Of a stretch of DNA of 64,000 nucleotides, positions 42,013-51,351 are shown piece by piece. Position 1 is the first letter of the stretch; each line of letters opens with the position of its first letter. Both the position numbers and the translations under genes were made by a program. Origin of the DNA: Escherichia phage vB_EcoM_IME392. The DNA lies in sequence record MH719082.1; one strand, 5' to 3'. The notes beneath the pieces are model-generated. The model saw only the letters and a program-made list of their open reading frames with translations, ran no database searches and was not told where the DNA came from.

Positions 42013-42537
42013 ATGCCGCCTATTACTTTGGATCAAGTCCGCAATCTGGGAGACTTCGCCACGATCGTCGACTGGGAATTACAGTTCATCACTGTACCTT
42101 CCGGCCTGAATAATCTGTCGGATGCAGTCTTCCTGCGTTGCGAATCTTCGGATATTCCGAAAAAGACTGGTACTTCCACATCTATCCAGATTCGTGGTCT
42201 GGTGCCAGTTAAACAGCCTGGGATTTACGCTCCTCCTCAGACTCTTACACTAACCTGTAACGAAACTGTGGATAACGCAATCGCTCAGCAGATTGCTAAC
42301 TGGCGTGAAATGTGCTACCAGACTGGTACTGGTGTTGCTGGTCGTACTCAGGATGTTAAGGCGAAACTGCGTCTTAAACGTCTGAATCGTCAGAAAGTCG
42401 GTATCTGGTATTATGATCTCGAAGGTGTATTCCTGGAAGATTATGATGCTGGTGGCCAGCTGGGCTCTACTTCGGCTGACGTACTGAAACCAGTCCTGAC
42501 GTTGTCCTACGACGACTTCAAGGAAGGAGCTCTTTAA
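42013..42537 (+). CDS. Tail tube protein
   Basis: Start placed at ATG 42013 (AAGGAGATCAGG-ATG). 174 aa directly after the sheath. Confidence 0.6.
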   Translation: MPPITLDQVRNLGDFATIVDWELQFITVPSGLNNLSDAVFLRCESSDIPKKTGTSTSIQIRGLVPVKQPGIYAPPQTLTLTCNETVDNAIAQQIANWREMCYQTGTGVAGRTQDVKAKLRLKRLNRQKVGIWYYDLEGVFLEDYDAGGQLGSTSADVLKPVLTLSYDDFKEGAL

Positions 42538-42551
42538 TAGAGAGGTAGACC

Positions 42552-43028
42552 GTGTTTTTGAATAATGTTCAACAAGTACGGTCTATCGAATGGGGACAAA
42601 TGCACTTGTGGGATGTAAGATTCCCTGATGCTCCGTCCCCATTCTCCGACTGGTTTCCTGCTACGGATTATCAGTTGAACTCAGTAACTGGGTTAGCTAT
42701 GTCTCAGCAGTTTTACATGCGAGATTTTAAGTTCCCCCAGAGTAAAGGATCTCCGGATTTAACATTCCAGGTATTGGACGATGAGAAGATGACACTCCAT
42801 GAGTGGTATCAGCATTGGTTCGATGAAATATACCAGGAATCTTCCGGAGTACTTACTTTAGCTGAGTGTGTTAGACCAGTTATAGTAGCTACCTTAAATC
42901 GTCAGAGACAGAGAGTGTTGTTAGAGACATTCTATGTATTCCCAGACGGTGCGGTAAACAGAAGTGGCTCGTCCAATTCGGATCAAGTCAACTTCACAAT
43001 GAACTTCATCATAGCAGGTAAGAACTAA
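42552..43028 (+). CDS. Tail protein (tube-associated or assembly chaperone; by position only)
   Basis: GTG-start ORF between the tube and tape-measure genes. Confidence 0.35.
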   Translation: MFLNNVQQVRSIEWGQMHLWDVRFPDAPSPFSDWFPATDYQLNSVTGLAMSQQFYMRDFKFPQSKGSPDLTFQVLDDEKMTLHEWYQHWFDEIYQESSGVLTLAECVRPVIVATLNRQRQRVLLETFYVFPDGAVNRSGSSNSDQVNFTMNFIIAGKN

Positions 43029-43034
43029 GGATCA

Positions 43035-43865
43035 ATGATGGAAACTGTATCTCGTGAAGAATTAGCGTCCCAGAAGGCTTCCGAGGAAGTCGTTGCTGCG
43101 ACTCCTGTAGTCGATCCGGCTACGTCAGACTCTACTGGTATTCTGATTACCGCGGAACAGCTTCCGTCTCGGTTCTTAGCTTACCCTGCTGGTACCACTA
43201 TTTCGTATAAGCCCTACAGCTTCGGCGAAGTAGAGAGATGGTCCCACGGTAAGATGACTCTTGAGCAGAAGATCGAACTAACCTTCGCCAACATCGAAAC
43301 TCGCGGTATAACTAAGGGACAGATCGTATTCGAAGATCTCCTCCTTATTATGGTACTCCGTAAGTTAACCACGTTCTCTAAGAACGAGTGGCGTCTTTCC
43401 TACACATGCCCAGGTTGCCAGGAATATATCTCCTCTAGCCGTAGCTTAAGCGAGATTATCTTCCAGGACTTAACCGAAATAGAAGAATTGCCTATTATCC
43501 TCGATCTTCCTAATGGGGATACTCTGGAATTCACCCCGTTTACGGTTGATGATATGATGGTGTGCCGTCGTATCTCTCCCGAGCGCTCTGCGGAAGTAGA
43601 GTTGCCTAAGATGGTCCGTAATAAGACCTACGAAGAAGCCAAGAAGATTATCCTCGAGAATAAAGACTCTGATATAATTCAGGCTCTTCAGATGATCGAC
43701 GAGATTCTTGACTTTGGTCGCCAGTATATTGAATGTGCTTGCCCTAAGTGTGGACATAAGGCCGAAGTAACGGTCAAGGGGGTAAGCCAACTGGCGGAAC
43801 CGTTTCGTAGAGATGAAGTCTCTATTAAACATCTCATCTCTTTTGGCAAGAAGAAACATGGTTGA
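43035..43865 (+). CDS. Tail assembly chaperone-like protein with two CxxC pairs
   Basis: Immediately upstream of the tape measure. CPGC ... CPKC zinc-ribbon-like pairs. Confidence 0.35.
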   Translation: MMETVSREELASQKASEEVVAATPVVDPATSDSTGILITAEQLPSRFLAYPAGTTISYKPYSFGEVERWSHGKMTLEQKIELTFANIETRGITKGQIVFEDLLLIMVLRKLTTFSKNEWRLSYTCPGCQEYISSSRSLSEIIFQDLTEIEELPIILDLPNGDTLEFTPFTVDDMMVCRRISPERSAEVELPKMVRNKTYEEAKKIILENKDSDIIQALQMIDEILDFGRQYIECACPKCGHKAEVTVKGVSQLAEPFRRDEVSIKHLISFGKKKHG

Positions 43866-43943
43866 TCTTTACCACGTGAAAAGGATGGACTTTTCCGAGG
43901 CATTCCACCATTATCAAGAAATAGTTGCTGCGGAGAGTAAATA

Positions 43944-46802
43944 ATGGTTAGCATAGTTAGAGGCATATCTGGGATTGCTCGTACAGAAGCTACCGATCCG
44001 ATTAAGGATGCCTCTGATTACGAGCATGCCAGGTCTAAATTGGAAGAAGATCTTATCGGGATCCGTTCTACGGTTAAGATACTCTCCAGCAACGATGTAG
44101 ATGTAGGTCTTAGCTCCGATGAAGTTAAGACCCTGAATACACTGATGGGTAAGTTTTACGGCAGGGCTAAGTTCTCTACCCAGGAAGCTGAGCAGCTGAT
44201 CTCCTTAAGAGATAAAGTCGGCCAGGTTGCGGATATGTACGCTACTGCCGAGGATCAAAAGGCCATCGCTGCGGAATCTTTACTCGACACCTATCAGTCA
44301 ATATTAAATGACTCTAGACTTACTCGTGGCGTCCGTATGACTGCTATGAGAGAACTGAGTGGGTTACTTCGGGTACTTAACGTATCCAATTCCTCACTTA
44401 GTACTATCAATATGCGGAAGAATAACCGCATCATTGAGCAAGCTAGAGCTGAGTTAGCCAATCAGAACGTAAAGATTAAATATTCTGATACGGTAAAGGT
44501 TGCTAACTTAACGAACAGGAGTAAGGATGAGAGGGATACTCTTGACAGATTTAACATACGTCAAACTGGCCGTAATTTAAGGGATTCGTTCCTTAATACC
44601 CCATCGCAGTTTTCCGTAGGTTCTGTCCGCAAGGAAGCACTCTCATCAGGTCTAGGTGCCTTAGGTTTAGGGGACCTGGATAGTGTATTCGGTATATCTG
44701 ATAAATTGGATGGTGCCATATCATCCATGTTCCGTAAAAGGAAAGATGAACCGGATACTACTGACGAAGAATTAAAGGCCATATCTCGAGAGATTCTTAA
44801 ATCAGAAAATAAACCCGATGGAGAATCTTCCACTGAGGCCTCTGCTAAAGTCGACGGTAAAGAGGCTAAGGTCGAGATTACTACTCCAGATGCTACTGTA
44901 AATCCAAAACCCAGTTTCGGACCTACTCCAGAAGAGGAGCAGAATCAGAAGCTGGACGAGATTAACAACAGCATTCGAGAGTTAATTAATGAGACTAGGT
45001 CTGGCCAGGACGAACTGTCCCGTAAGCAGACTCAGTTAATTAATGGTCAGTCTACTTTGGTGGATATCGATGAGCAACTGGTATCGGTAACCAGAGCTAA
45101 TGGAAGAGCTAACCATGAAGAAATTGATCCTTTCGCTAACGAACAGAAGCAGGGTGCTGCTGATTCTATCTTTGATGATCTTATCGGTGGTGGCGATGAG
45201 CGTGGCCGCAGAGGTAGAAGAGGTAGGGGAAGAAGAGGCAGGACTCGTCTCGGTCGTGGACTCAGCAGGTTCGGTAGACTCGGCAGGATGGCAGGCAGAG
45301 CAGTCGACGCAGCTGCCACCGGAGGACTTGCGAGAGGTGCTGCTCGTGGAGGTGGTGCGCTTCTGAGAGCTGGCCTTAAGGGAGCTAAGTTCATCCCAGG
45401 AATCGGGTTAGCCGTAACTGCTGGTATGGGAGTTTATGATGCTGTCTCTGGATGGGATGGAGATAAGGCTAAGGAACTATTCGGTAGTGACGATAACTGG
45501 GCTAAGGCTGGCTCATCTGCAGCCTCACTATCCTCTGGGTTAACTTTAGGGTTAGCATCTCCAGAGGATGTAGTGAATGTCGCTAAGTCTGCTGTAGATA
45601 CTGTACAGAAGACATACGAAGGTGCGGTTAATATTGCAAATAACCTAACGGCGTCATTCTCAGGGATGTATAAGAATGCGTCCGACTGGCTTTCCAAGTC
45701 CGTCTCCGATACATCTAAGTGGTTCTCCGATAGTTACGACTCAGTAACCAAGTCCATAACCGGAGAAATCAGTGAATTATCTAACTTGGTTACAGAATTT
45801 ATAAATGATCCTATGAAGTCTATAGGTGAAGGTATTGGTGGCCTATTTGATTGGCTATCAGACCTACCGGTAGTCGGTGACTTCTTTAAAGGACTTAAGA
45901 AAGGAGCTGTTGCGGTATCCAATGGGATTATCGGAGCAGGTGCCTCCATAGTTAATGGCGCAAGAGCTGTTGGTGGAATAATATCCAATGGTTATGACAG
46001 TGCTGTTGATGCCGGTGGTAGTATCCTACAGTCCGCTATGCAGAATGCCTCTCGATACCTCCCAAGCTCTAAGGAGCAGACGGAGCGTAAGAACAATCTG
46101 GCAGAGTATGCTAAGCAGCAGGGAATCGACGATAAAGAATTGGCTCTATTCATGGGCCAGGTTCAGCATGAATCTGGTAACTTCCGTTATAATAAAGAAC
46201 TAGCCTCTGGTAAAGCGTACGAGGGTCGTAAAGACCTGGGTAACGTAAATCCTGGGGACGGGGTTCGTTATAAGGGTCGTGGCTGGATACAGCTTACTGG
46301 TAGGGCTAATTACCAGAAATATGGTAAGATGCTGGGTATAGATCTCGAAAATAATCCGGAGATGGCTGAAGATCCTGAAATCGCCAATAAGTTGGCGGTT
46401 GCATATTGGAAAGATCGTGTGCGACCACAGCTGGAGAAGAAAGGATCTACTGTTGAAGTGGCAACTAAGGCAGTCAATGGTGGGTATAATGGGTTAGCAG
46501 ACCGTGCTGCATATACTGCAGAATGGATGAAGAATGGTTCTGATGCTGAGGCATCTAAGTCAGGAGCTACCCAGGTTGCTCAGAACGTACCTCTCGAGGT
46601 CCCTAAAGCTCCTACCCCTACAGACGATGTTAATAAACAACGTCAAGATCAGAATAATCAATTGGCTGCTATGGCTGCTGGTTCCACCAGAAATCAGGAT
46701 CCTGCTGCTATAACTCCTAACGTACCTTCAGTGGTTACGGATAAGAGTGACACTATTGATGACTATGGTCTGGCGTTCTTCAACAAGATGGTGTTCTCAT
46801 AA
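43944..46802 (+). CDS. Tape measure protein with C-terminal GH19-type (chitinase-like) peptidoglycan hydrolase domain
   Basis: 952 aa, helical N-terminus, Arg/Gly tract GRRGRRGRGRRGRTRLGRGLSRFGRLGR, glycine-rich hydrophobic segment. GH19 block: QVQHESGNFRYNKE...YEGRKDLGNVNPGDGVRYKGRGWIQLTGRANY. Confidence 0.8.
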   Translation: MVSIVRGISGIARTEATDPIKDASDYEHARSKLEEDLIGIRSTVKILSSNDVDVGLSSDEVKTLNTLMGKFYGRAKFSTQEAEQLISLRDKVGQVADMYATAEDQKAIAAESLLDTYQSILNDSRLTRGVRMTAMRELSGLLRVLNVSNSSLSTINMRKNNRIIEQARAELANQNVKIKYSDTVKVANLTNRSKDERDTLDRFNIRQTGRNLRDSFLNTPSQFSVGSVRKEALSSGLGALGLGDLDSVFGISDKLDGAISSMFRKRKDEPDTTDEELKAISREILKSENKPDGESSTEASAKVDGKEAKVEITTPDATVNPKPSFGPTPEEEQNQKLDEINNSIRELINETRSGQDELSRKQTQLINGQSTLVDIDEQLVSVTRANGRANHEEIDPFANEQKQGAADSIFDDLIGGGDERGRRGRRGRGRRGRTRLGRGLSRFGRLGRMAGRAVDAAATGGLARGAARGGGALLRAGLKGAKFIPGIGLAVTAGMGVYDAVSGWDGDKAKELFGSDDNWAKAGSSAASLSSGLTLGLASPEDVVNVAKSAVDTVQKTYEGAVNIANNLTASFSGMYKNASDWLSKSVSDTSKWFSDSYDSVTKSITGEISELSNLVTEFINDPMKSIGEGIGGLFDWLSDLPVVGDFFKGLKKGAVAVSNGIIGAGASIVNGARAVGGIISNGYDSAVDAGGSILQSAMQNASRYLPSSKEQTERKNNLAEYAKQQGIDDKELALFMGQVQHESGNFRYNKELASGKAYEGRKDLGNVNPGDGVRYKGRGWIQLTGRANYQKYGKMLGIDLENNPEMAEDPEIANKLAVAYWKDRVRPQLEKKGSTVEVATKAVNGGYNGLADRAAYTAEWMKNGSDAEASKSGATQVAQNVPLEVPKAPTPTDDVNKQRQDQNNQLAAMAAGSTRNQDPAAITPNVPSVVTDKSDTIDDYGLAFFNKMVFS

Positions 46803-47437
46803 TGGCAGTATTAGACATCGAGAAGCTATACGCGAATCCAGATGCTAGAATTGTCTTAGTCCATCCTGGTAACAAGTCCCGTACTGTAGGTCTTATAGAG
46901 ACGGATTTCGGATTCGATATTTCGTCTCTGTTTGAATCTGGTGAAAACTTGATGGCTGGTACCTTAACGCGAGGTGCTAACGCGGTAGCTAATACCGTGG
47001 GTATGGATCAGATGGTTATACGAAATATTCGTGAAACTATCGCTCAGTGGCGAGGAAGTACCAAACCAGTATTTCCAGTGCCTCTGACAATTATCTCATA
47101 CAATCCATCCATCAGACCTTTGGACATAGTTAAAGAGTTCCTGGCTGGGGTAACATACACTACCAAGAACGGACTTATGTTCGGAGCTCCTAATGGGTAC
47201 TCTGTAACCAAGGCGACTGGTAATTTCAATCCGGATACCGCTATAACAGGTACATGGACTCTGCAGATCGGCCAGTGGTTCAGGGCAACTAGCCTTATAC
47301 TCGTGAACGTGTCGACTCAGTACAGCAAGGAAATAGCTCGCTCTACTGGTCAGCCGTTATGGGCTAAGGTGCAACTGTCCTTCACCCCAGCATATCTGCC
47401 GGATGAGGATCATGTAAGATCCTGGTTTATTAAATAG
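46802..47437 (+). CDS. Baseplate/tail protein (unassigned)
   Basis: ATGA-type overlap with the tape measure (the TAA and ATG share 46802). Confidence 0.35.
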   Translation: MAVLDIEKLYANPDARIVLVHPGNKSRTVGLIETDFGFDISSLFESGENLMAGTLTRGANAVANTVGMDQMVIRNIRETIAQWRGSTKPVFPVPLTIISYNPSIRPLDIVKEFLAGVTYTTKNGLMFGAPNGYSVTKATGNFNPDTAITGTWTLQIGQWFRATSLILVNVSTQYSKEIARSTGQPLWAKVQLSFTPAYLPDEDHVRSWFIK

Positions 47438-47444
47438 GTGACTT

Positions 47445-47822
47445 ATGTTCAAGATAGACTCAGACAAATTGGCTCAGAGGTATGATATCTCTAAATTCAT
47501 GTCTAATGAGAATGGGTCTATCTTGGACTCTGTTGATTCTGAATTTATGTACAAACTGAAGAATCTTTCTCGGTATGGTACATATACAGTGATCTCAGAA
47601 GTGGGTAGACCCGACCTACTCTCAGAACGAATCTATGGTGCTGGATTGACTCAGTACTGGTGGATTCTTATGATGGTGAATGAGTTGCGGTTCCCATGGG
47701 ACTTAACCATGAACTTAGTTCTGAGATATCCACTGATTGACGATCTGGAAGATATTTACTTCTCGCTGACTCCAGATGTGTCATCTGTCTCCGCTACTGC
47801 TAAAGTGGAGAGCTTATCATGA
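47445..47822 (+). CDS. LysM-like tail protein X (P2 gpX-like)
   Basis: RPDLLSERIYGAGLTQYWWILMMVNEL...LRYP parallels the P2 gpX / LysM pattern. Assignment also rests on position. Confidence 0.4.
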   Translation: MFKIDSDKLAQRYDISKFMSNENGSILDSVDSEFMYKLKNLSRYGTYTVISEVGRPDLLSERIYGAGLTQYWWILMMVNELRFPWDLTMNLVLRYPLIDDLEDIYFSLTPDVSSVSATAKVESLS

Positions 47823-48943
47823 TAGGTGTAAAAGGTCAATATGTTGCCATGTTTAAGATTGGCGACTTTAAAGACTTCATCGGCCCTAGAGATCTTATCC
47901 AGTTTAAGATCATCGAAGAGGCTGGTAACGTTATGCCTACTTATGAGCTAGTTTTCGAGTGCCGAGATGAGCAAATAGTCTCAGTACTCAAGGAAGGCAA
48001 TTTCATTTATGCCAGTTTCGGTCGTAACGAAGCTAGCATGATTAACGTTAAGTTAGCCATCCTAAAACGTCAGAAAACTAATTTCGGAGTAGGGTCTCAA
48101 ATCCTCAGAGTACTGGGAGTCTTCGGAGCTGTTCCGTACAGAATAGATTCCCAGGCAGCAAGTCATACTGGTACCTCAATAGAGGTGATGAAGTCTATAG
48201 TCTCTAAGTATTTTAAGGCAGACTTCAATTGCCCAGCATCTGATAACAAGATGAACTGGCTGCAGAATAACATTAACGATCGAGATTTCGTTAACCAGTT
48301 ATGGCTTCACAGTAATTTAAACTCCGATACTCCATTGGTAGGTATTACTACTGATGGTTTGTTTAGGGTCCGGTCTATCTCTACAGCAGTGGACAGGAAT
48401 AATCCTAACTGGAAGTTAACTTCCCTAGAGACCAAAGATGCCGGTGCTATTTATTACGATAAGCCACCTAACATCTATAGCGATTCAGGAGCAGTAAATG
48501 CTCTTGGTGGCTATGCCAAATCCAGGATTGTTCACAATCAGAGCGACAATCAGTCGTTCTACTCCACTCCTCAGGGATCCCCTATCCTATCAGTATCGAG
48601 TAATCAGGAAGTCTCGGATACGGGACGGCGTCTGGGAGGAGTGTCCATCCTTAATGAGAATGTACATTCTTCCTACCATTCGTCCTTCGATTACAACATC
48701 CGAAACCTCCTCCGATTATCCATGATGAAAGCCAAGGTCGAGATTACTGGGTATTATTTCAATATCAGAGTTCTCGATTCTGTGTTACTTAAAGAAGACT
48801 CTGATGCTCGTCGTAAGGAAGCCAATATGGATTCGTCAGGTCTTTGGCTAACCCAGAAGGTGTGCAGGATCTTCACTAACAAAGACTTATGTACCGTCCT
48901 TACGTTATGCAGAGATGGGATGAATAATTCCAGAGAGGTTTAA
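47819..48943 (+). CDS. Baseplate hub protein (P2 gpD / Mu gp44-like; by position and size)
   Basis: 374 aa between the gpX-like and spike genes. Confidence 0.4.
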   Translation: MIGVKGQYVAMFKIGDFKDFIGPRDLIQFKIIEEAGNVMPTYELVFECRDEQIVSVLKEGNFIYASFGRNEASMINVKLAILKRQKTNFGVGSQILRVLGVFGAVPYRIDSQAASHTGTSIEVMKSIVSKYFKADFNCPASDNKMNWLQNNINDRDFVNQLWLHSNLNSDTPLVGITTDGLFRVRSISTAVDRNNPNWKLTSLETKDAGAIYYDKPPNIYSDSGAVNALGGYAKSRIVHNQSDNQSFYSTPQGSPILSVSSNQEVSDTGRRLGGVSILNENVHSSYHSSFDYNIRNLLRLSMMKAKVEITGYYFNIRVLDSVLLKEDSDARRKEANMDSSGLWLTQKVCRIFTNKDLCTVLTLCRDGMNNSREV

Positions 48944-48945
48944 GT

Positions 48946-49605
48946 ATGATAAATATTATAGACCTCATGCGTAATGGTCAGGATCCTCTGAAGGCCATCC
49001 ATAAGGGAGTAGTCGTTGATAATAACGACCCTGCCCAAAAATGCAGAGTAAAGGTTAGGGTTCCTGGGGTACTCGATGGTGATGGTATCCCATGGGCCAT
49101 TCCTATTGCATCTGCATTCCTGGGGGATGGGGAATCTGACCGTGTGGAAATACCAGAAGTAGGTACCGAGGTATCTGTCTCGTTCCCCACAGGAGATCAG
49201 CATTTCCCATTCTACACTGGGAGATGGCACTCTAAGGAAGTCCCGGAAGAGTTTAAAGAGAATTATCCCAATAGGTACGGATTTAAGGATTCTACCGGCA
49301 CTGTATTCTATATAGATAAAGTGTCTAAGGAAGTTCATTTTAAGCACTGTTCTGGATTTCAGTTCGATATTGACCAAGAGGCTAATTTTACTCTCACCAC
49401 CCCAGGAGGAGGTAAGGTCGATATCGCTAAAGCTCTGGAGATAATCGCCAAAGAGCATATCAAACTGGATACTCCTCTTGTCGATGGAACAGGAGAGATC
49501 AAGGACAAGGTTCGCAAGATGTCGGAAGATCGCGCTATCTACAACGGTCACGATCATGTTGGCGATAGTGGTGGTAGTACATCTCCGCCTAACTCTAAAC
49601 AGTAG
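48946..49605 (+). CDS. Baseplate central spike (gpV / gp5 OB-fold family)
   Basis: GVVVDNNDPAQKCRVKVRVPGVLDGDGIPWAIP matches the gpV/VgrG N-terminal OB-fold block. Confidence 0.65.
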   Translation: MINIIDLMRNGQDPLKAIHKGVVVDNNDPAQKCRVKVRVPGVLDGDGIPWAIPIASAFLGDGESDRVEIPEVGTEVSVSFPTGDQHFPFYTGRWHSKEVPEEFKENYPNRYGFKDSTGTVFYIDKVSKEVHFKHCSGFQFDIDQEANFTLTTPGGGKVDIAKALEIIAKEHIKLDTPLVDGTGEIKDKVRKMSEDRAIYNGHDHVGDSGGSTSPPNSKQ

Positions 49606-49609
49606 GTTC

Positions 49610-49981
49610 ATGATGGTTCAGCCAATTTATCGAGATATAGACCAGACCCTTAAGCGTAACTCGCTTAAGGATGGTGATGCAGTATTTCAGGCCATAGTTA
49701 ATGTACTGAAGACTCGCAAAGGTACCAGAATGTTTAATATGGAGTTTGGTTCTAATCTCGAAGATATCATCATGGAACCATGCGACGATATCACTGGTCT
49801 GCAAGTTTATGCAGAGGTGGTCGACGCTGTTACGAGATGGGAGCCAAGAGCCCTGTTAGACCGAGGTAAAACTAAGGTTACTCCTGATCCGGATAATCAC
49901 ATATTCTGGGTAGACTTATGGTTCTCTGTCAAAGGAATCGATGGTCAAGAATTTAACTACGAGGTGGGTCTGAAACGATGA
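49610..49981 (+). CDS. Baseplate wedge protein, gp25/GPW family
   Basis: LKTRKGTRMFNMEFGSNLEDIIMEP ... VTRWEPRA match GPW_gp25 blocks. Start placed at ATG 49610. Confidence 0.7.
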   Translation: MMVQPIYRDIDQTLKRNSLKDGDAVFQAIVNVLKTRKGTRMFNMEFGSNLEDIIMEPCDDITGLQVYAEVVDAVTRWEPRALLDRGKTKVTPDPDNHIFWVDLWFSVKGIDGQEFNYEVGLKR

Positions 49982-51351
49982 ACATAATTCAAGATTCCTC
50001 TCTATCCTTCGACCAGATCAGAACGGATTTAGAGAACTATATTAAGTCTCTTCCAGATTATGAGACTAAGTGGAAGGACTTCTACGAGGCTGGTGCTGGC
50101 GAAACAGTACTTAATACTGGTGCTGGTATCACTGCATTCTTAGCTTACGCTGCCTACATGAACCGCCGAGATTCGTTACTGGATTTCGGCAATATGACCT
50201 CGACCATCGTGTCTATTGGGTCTGCATTAGGTTACGTGTATAATCGTAAATCTGCTCCTCTTCTCCAGATTACGTTTACATCCACTGAGCAAGTTTACTG
50301 GGATAAGGAAGATCCTATCGGTAACTACATGGGTCGTTCTCTGGTTCTCACCAACTCCACCCAAATAGAAGTTGGCGTGAACACCATTGTGGTTGCTATA
50401 GGTGATTGGGTCTCTCAGGAGATAACCATCACTGATGCTAAGGATTTTAAAGGTATCAACGTACCTATTCAGCCTGATAATAATCTGGTTAACCTGTATA
50501 TCGATGGAGAGAAGATCTCCTACACCACAGCTGCGGAAGATATGGATTCGGACAATGTCCTAATTCGTTCTTACTTCTCGGGAATATTCATTATCTTCGG
50601 GAACGGGTCACTGGGCAGGAAGGCTGCTGTTAACCAGGTACTTAAGATAGAGTACGTTGCTCCCGCTGATAAACTAGATGGGTTAACTCTGGATCCTACC
50701 AAGATTCAGTTATACGTTGAAAATACGAGTAACTCATCTGAAGTTAAATACCCTGGGTCAGACCCTGATAGTCCTGAGAAGATCGTTGCTATTGCTCCTG
50801 GTTATTATTCAGCCAAGAGACGTCTGGTTACTCTGGACGATTACGCTTCGATAGGTGCTTCTTATCAGGGTGTGGTAAGTGCTAACGCTGCTCTTCCGAC
50901 TACTTCTTGCTGCTCGGTTAACGTCTCGTACCTACGAGCCGATGAATTAACCATGAATGATGCTATGAAGGCAGATTTCGAGAAGTATATGCTGCAGTAC
51001 GCCATGCTGGGTTCTAACATAAATGTTATAGACCCTATCAGGATCATGGTCGATGTTAAGATGCGAGTGGTTATTGACTCCGGAGCTGATACGGATGCCA
51101 TTACCAAGAAGATTCGTGAAACCATAAATAAAAAGTGCATGACTAACGGTGCATTCTTTACGGTTAACGATATGACTCTGCCAGAGTCTCTTCGCGTTAG
51201 ACGTATCTACATTAAGCAGCCTATTCTTGACCGACAGGCTAAGTACAATGAGTACTATAAGCTCCGCAAACTGGAGATCAGTTATACGGAAGATCGGACT
51301 CTGGTAGATTCCGGAGGCACAGATAAGAATGCGGGGTATGAGTATGGCTAA
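49978..51351 (+). CDS. Baseplate J-like protein (gp6/gpJ)
   Basis: 457 aa directly after the gp25-like gene with a 4-nt overlap, the canonical W-J order. Confidence 0.55.
   Translation: MNIIQDSSLSFDQIRTDLENYIKSLPDYETKWKDFYEAGAGETVLNTGAGITAFLAYAAYMNRRDSLLDFGNMTSTIVSIGSALGYVYNRKSAPLLQITFTSTEQVYWDKEDPIGNYMGRSLVLTNSTQIEVGVNTIVVAIGDWVSQEITITDAKDFKGINVPIQPDNNLVNLYIDGEKISYTTAAEDMDSDNVLIRSYFSGIFIIFGNGSLGRKAAVNQVLKIEYVAPADKLDGLTLDPTKIQLYVENTSNSSEVKYPGSDPDSPEKIVAIAPGYYSAKRRLVTLDDYASIGASYQGVVSANAALPTTSCCSVNVSYLRADELTMNDAMKADFEKYMLQYAMLGSNINVIDPIRIMVDVKMRVVIDSGADTDAITKKIRETINKKCMTNGAFFTVNDMTLPESLRVRRIYIKQPILDRQAKYNEYYKLRKLEISYTEDRTLVDSGGTDKNAGYEYG

Noticed and set aside
43857-43943. Possible programmed frameshift or 28-codon bridging ORF (MVDLYHVKRMDFSEAFHHYQEIVAAESK) between the chaperone-like gene and the tape measure.
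   Set aside because: I could not identify a convincing slippery heptamer (X XXY YYZ) near 43840-43865. The -1 frame terminates after 7 codons. The small ORF may be real, but there is no supporting evidence.
48940-49611. 223-aa minus-strand ORF that mirrors almost exactly the plus-strand gene 48946-49605.
   Set aside because: The plus-strand product has the gpV/gp5 OB-fold block and fits the baseplate gene order. The antisense product has no recognisable features. The near-identical extent is striking but best explained by chance.
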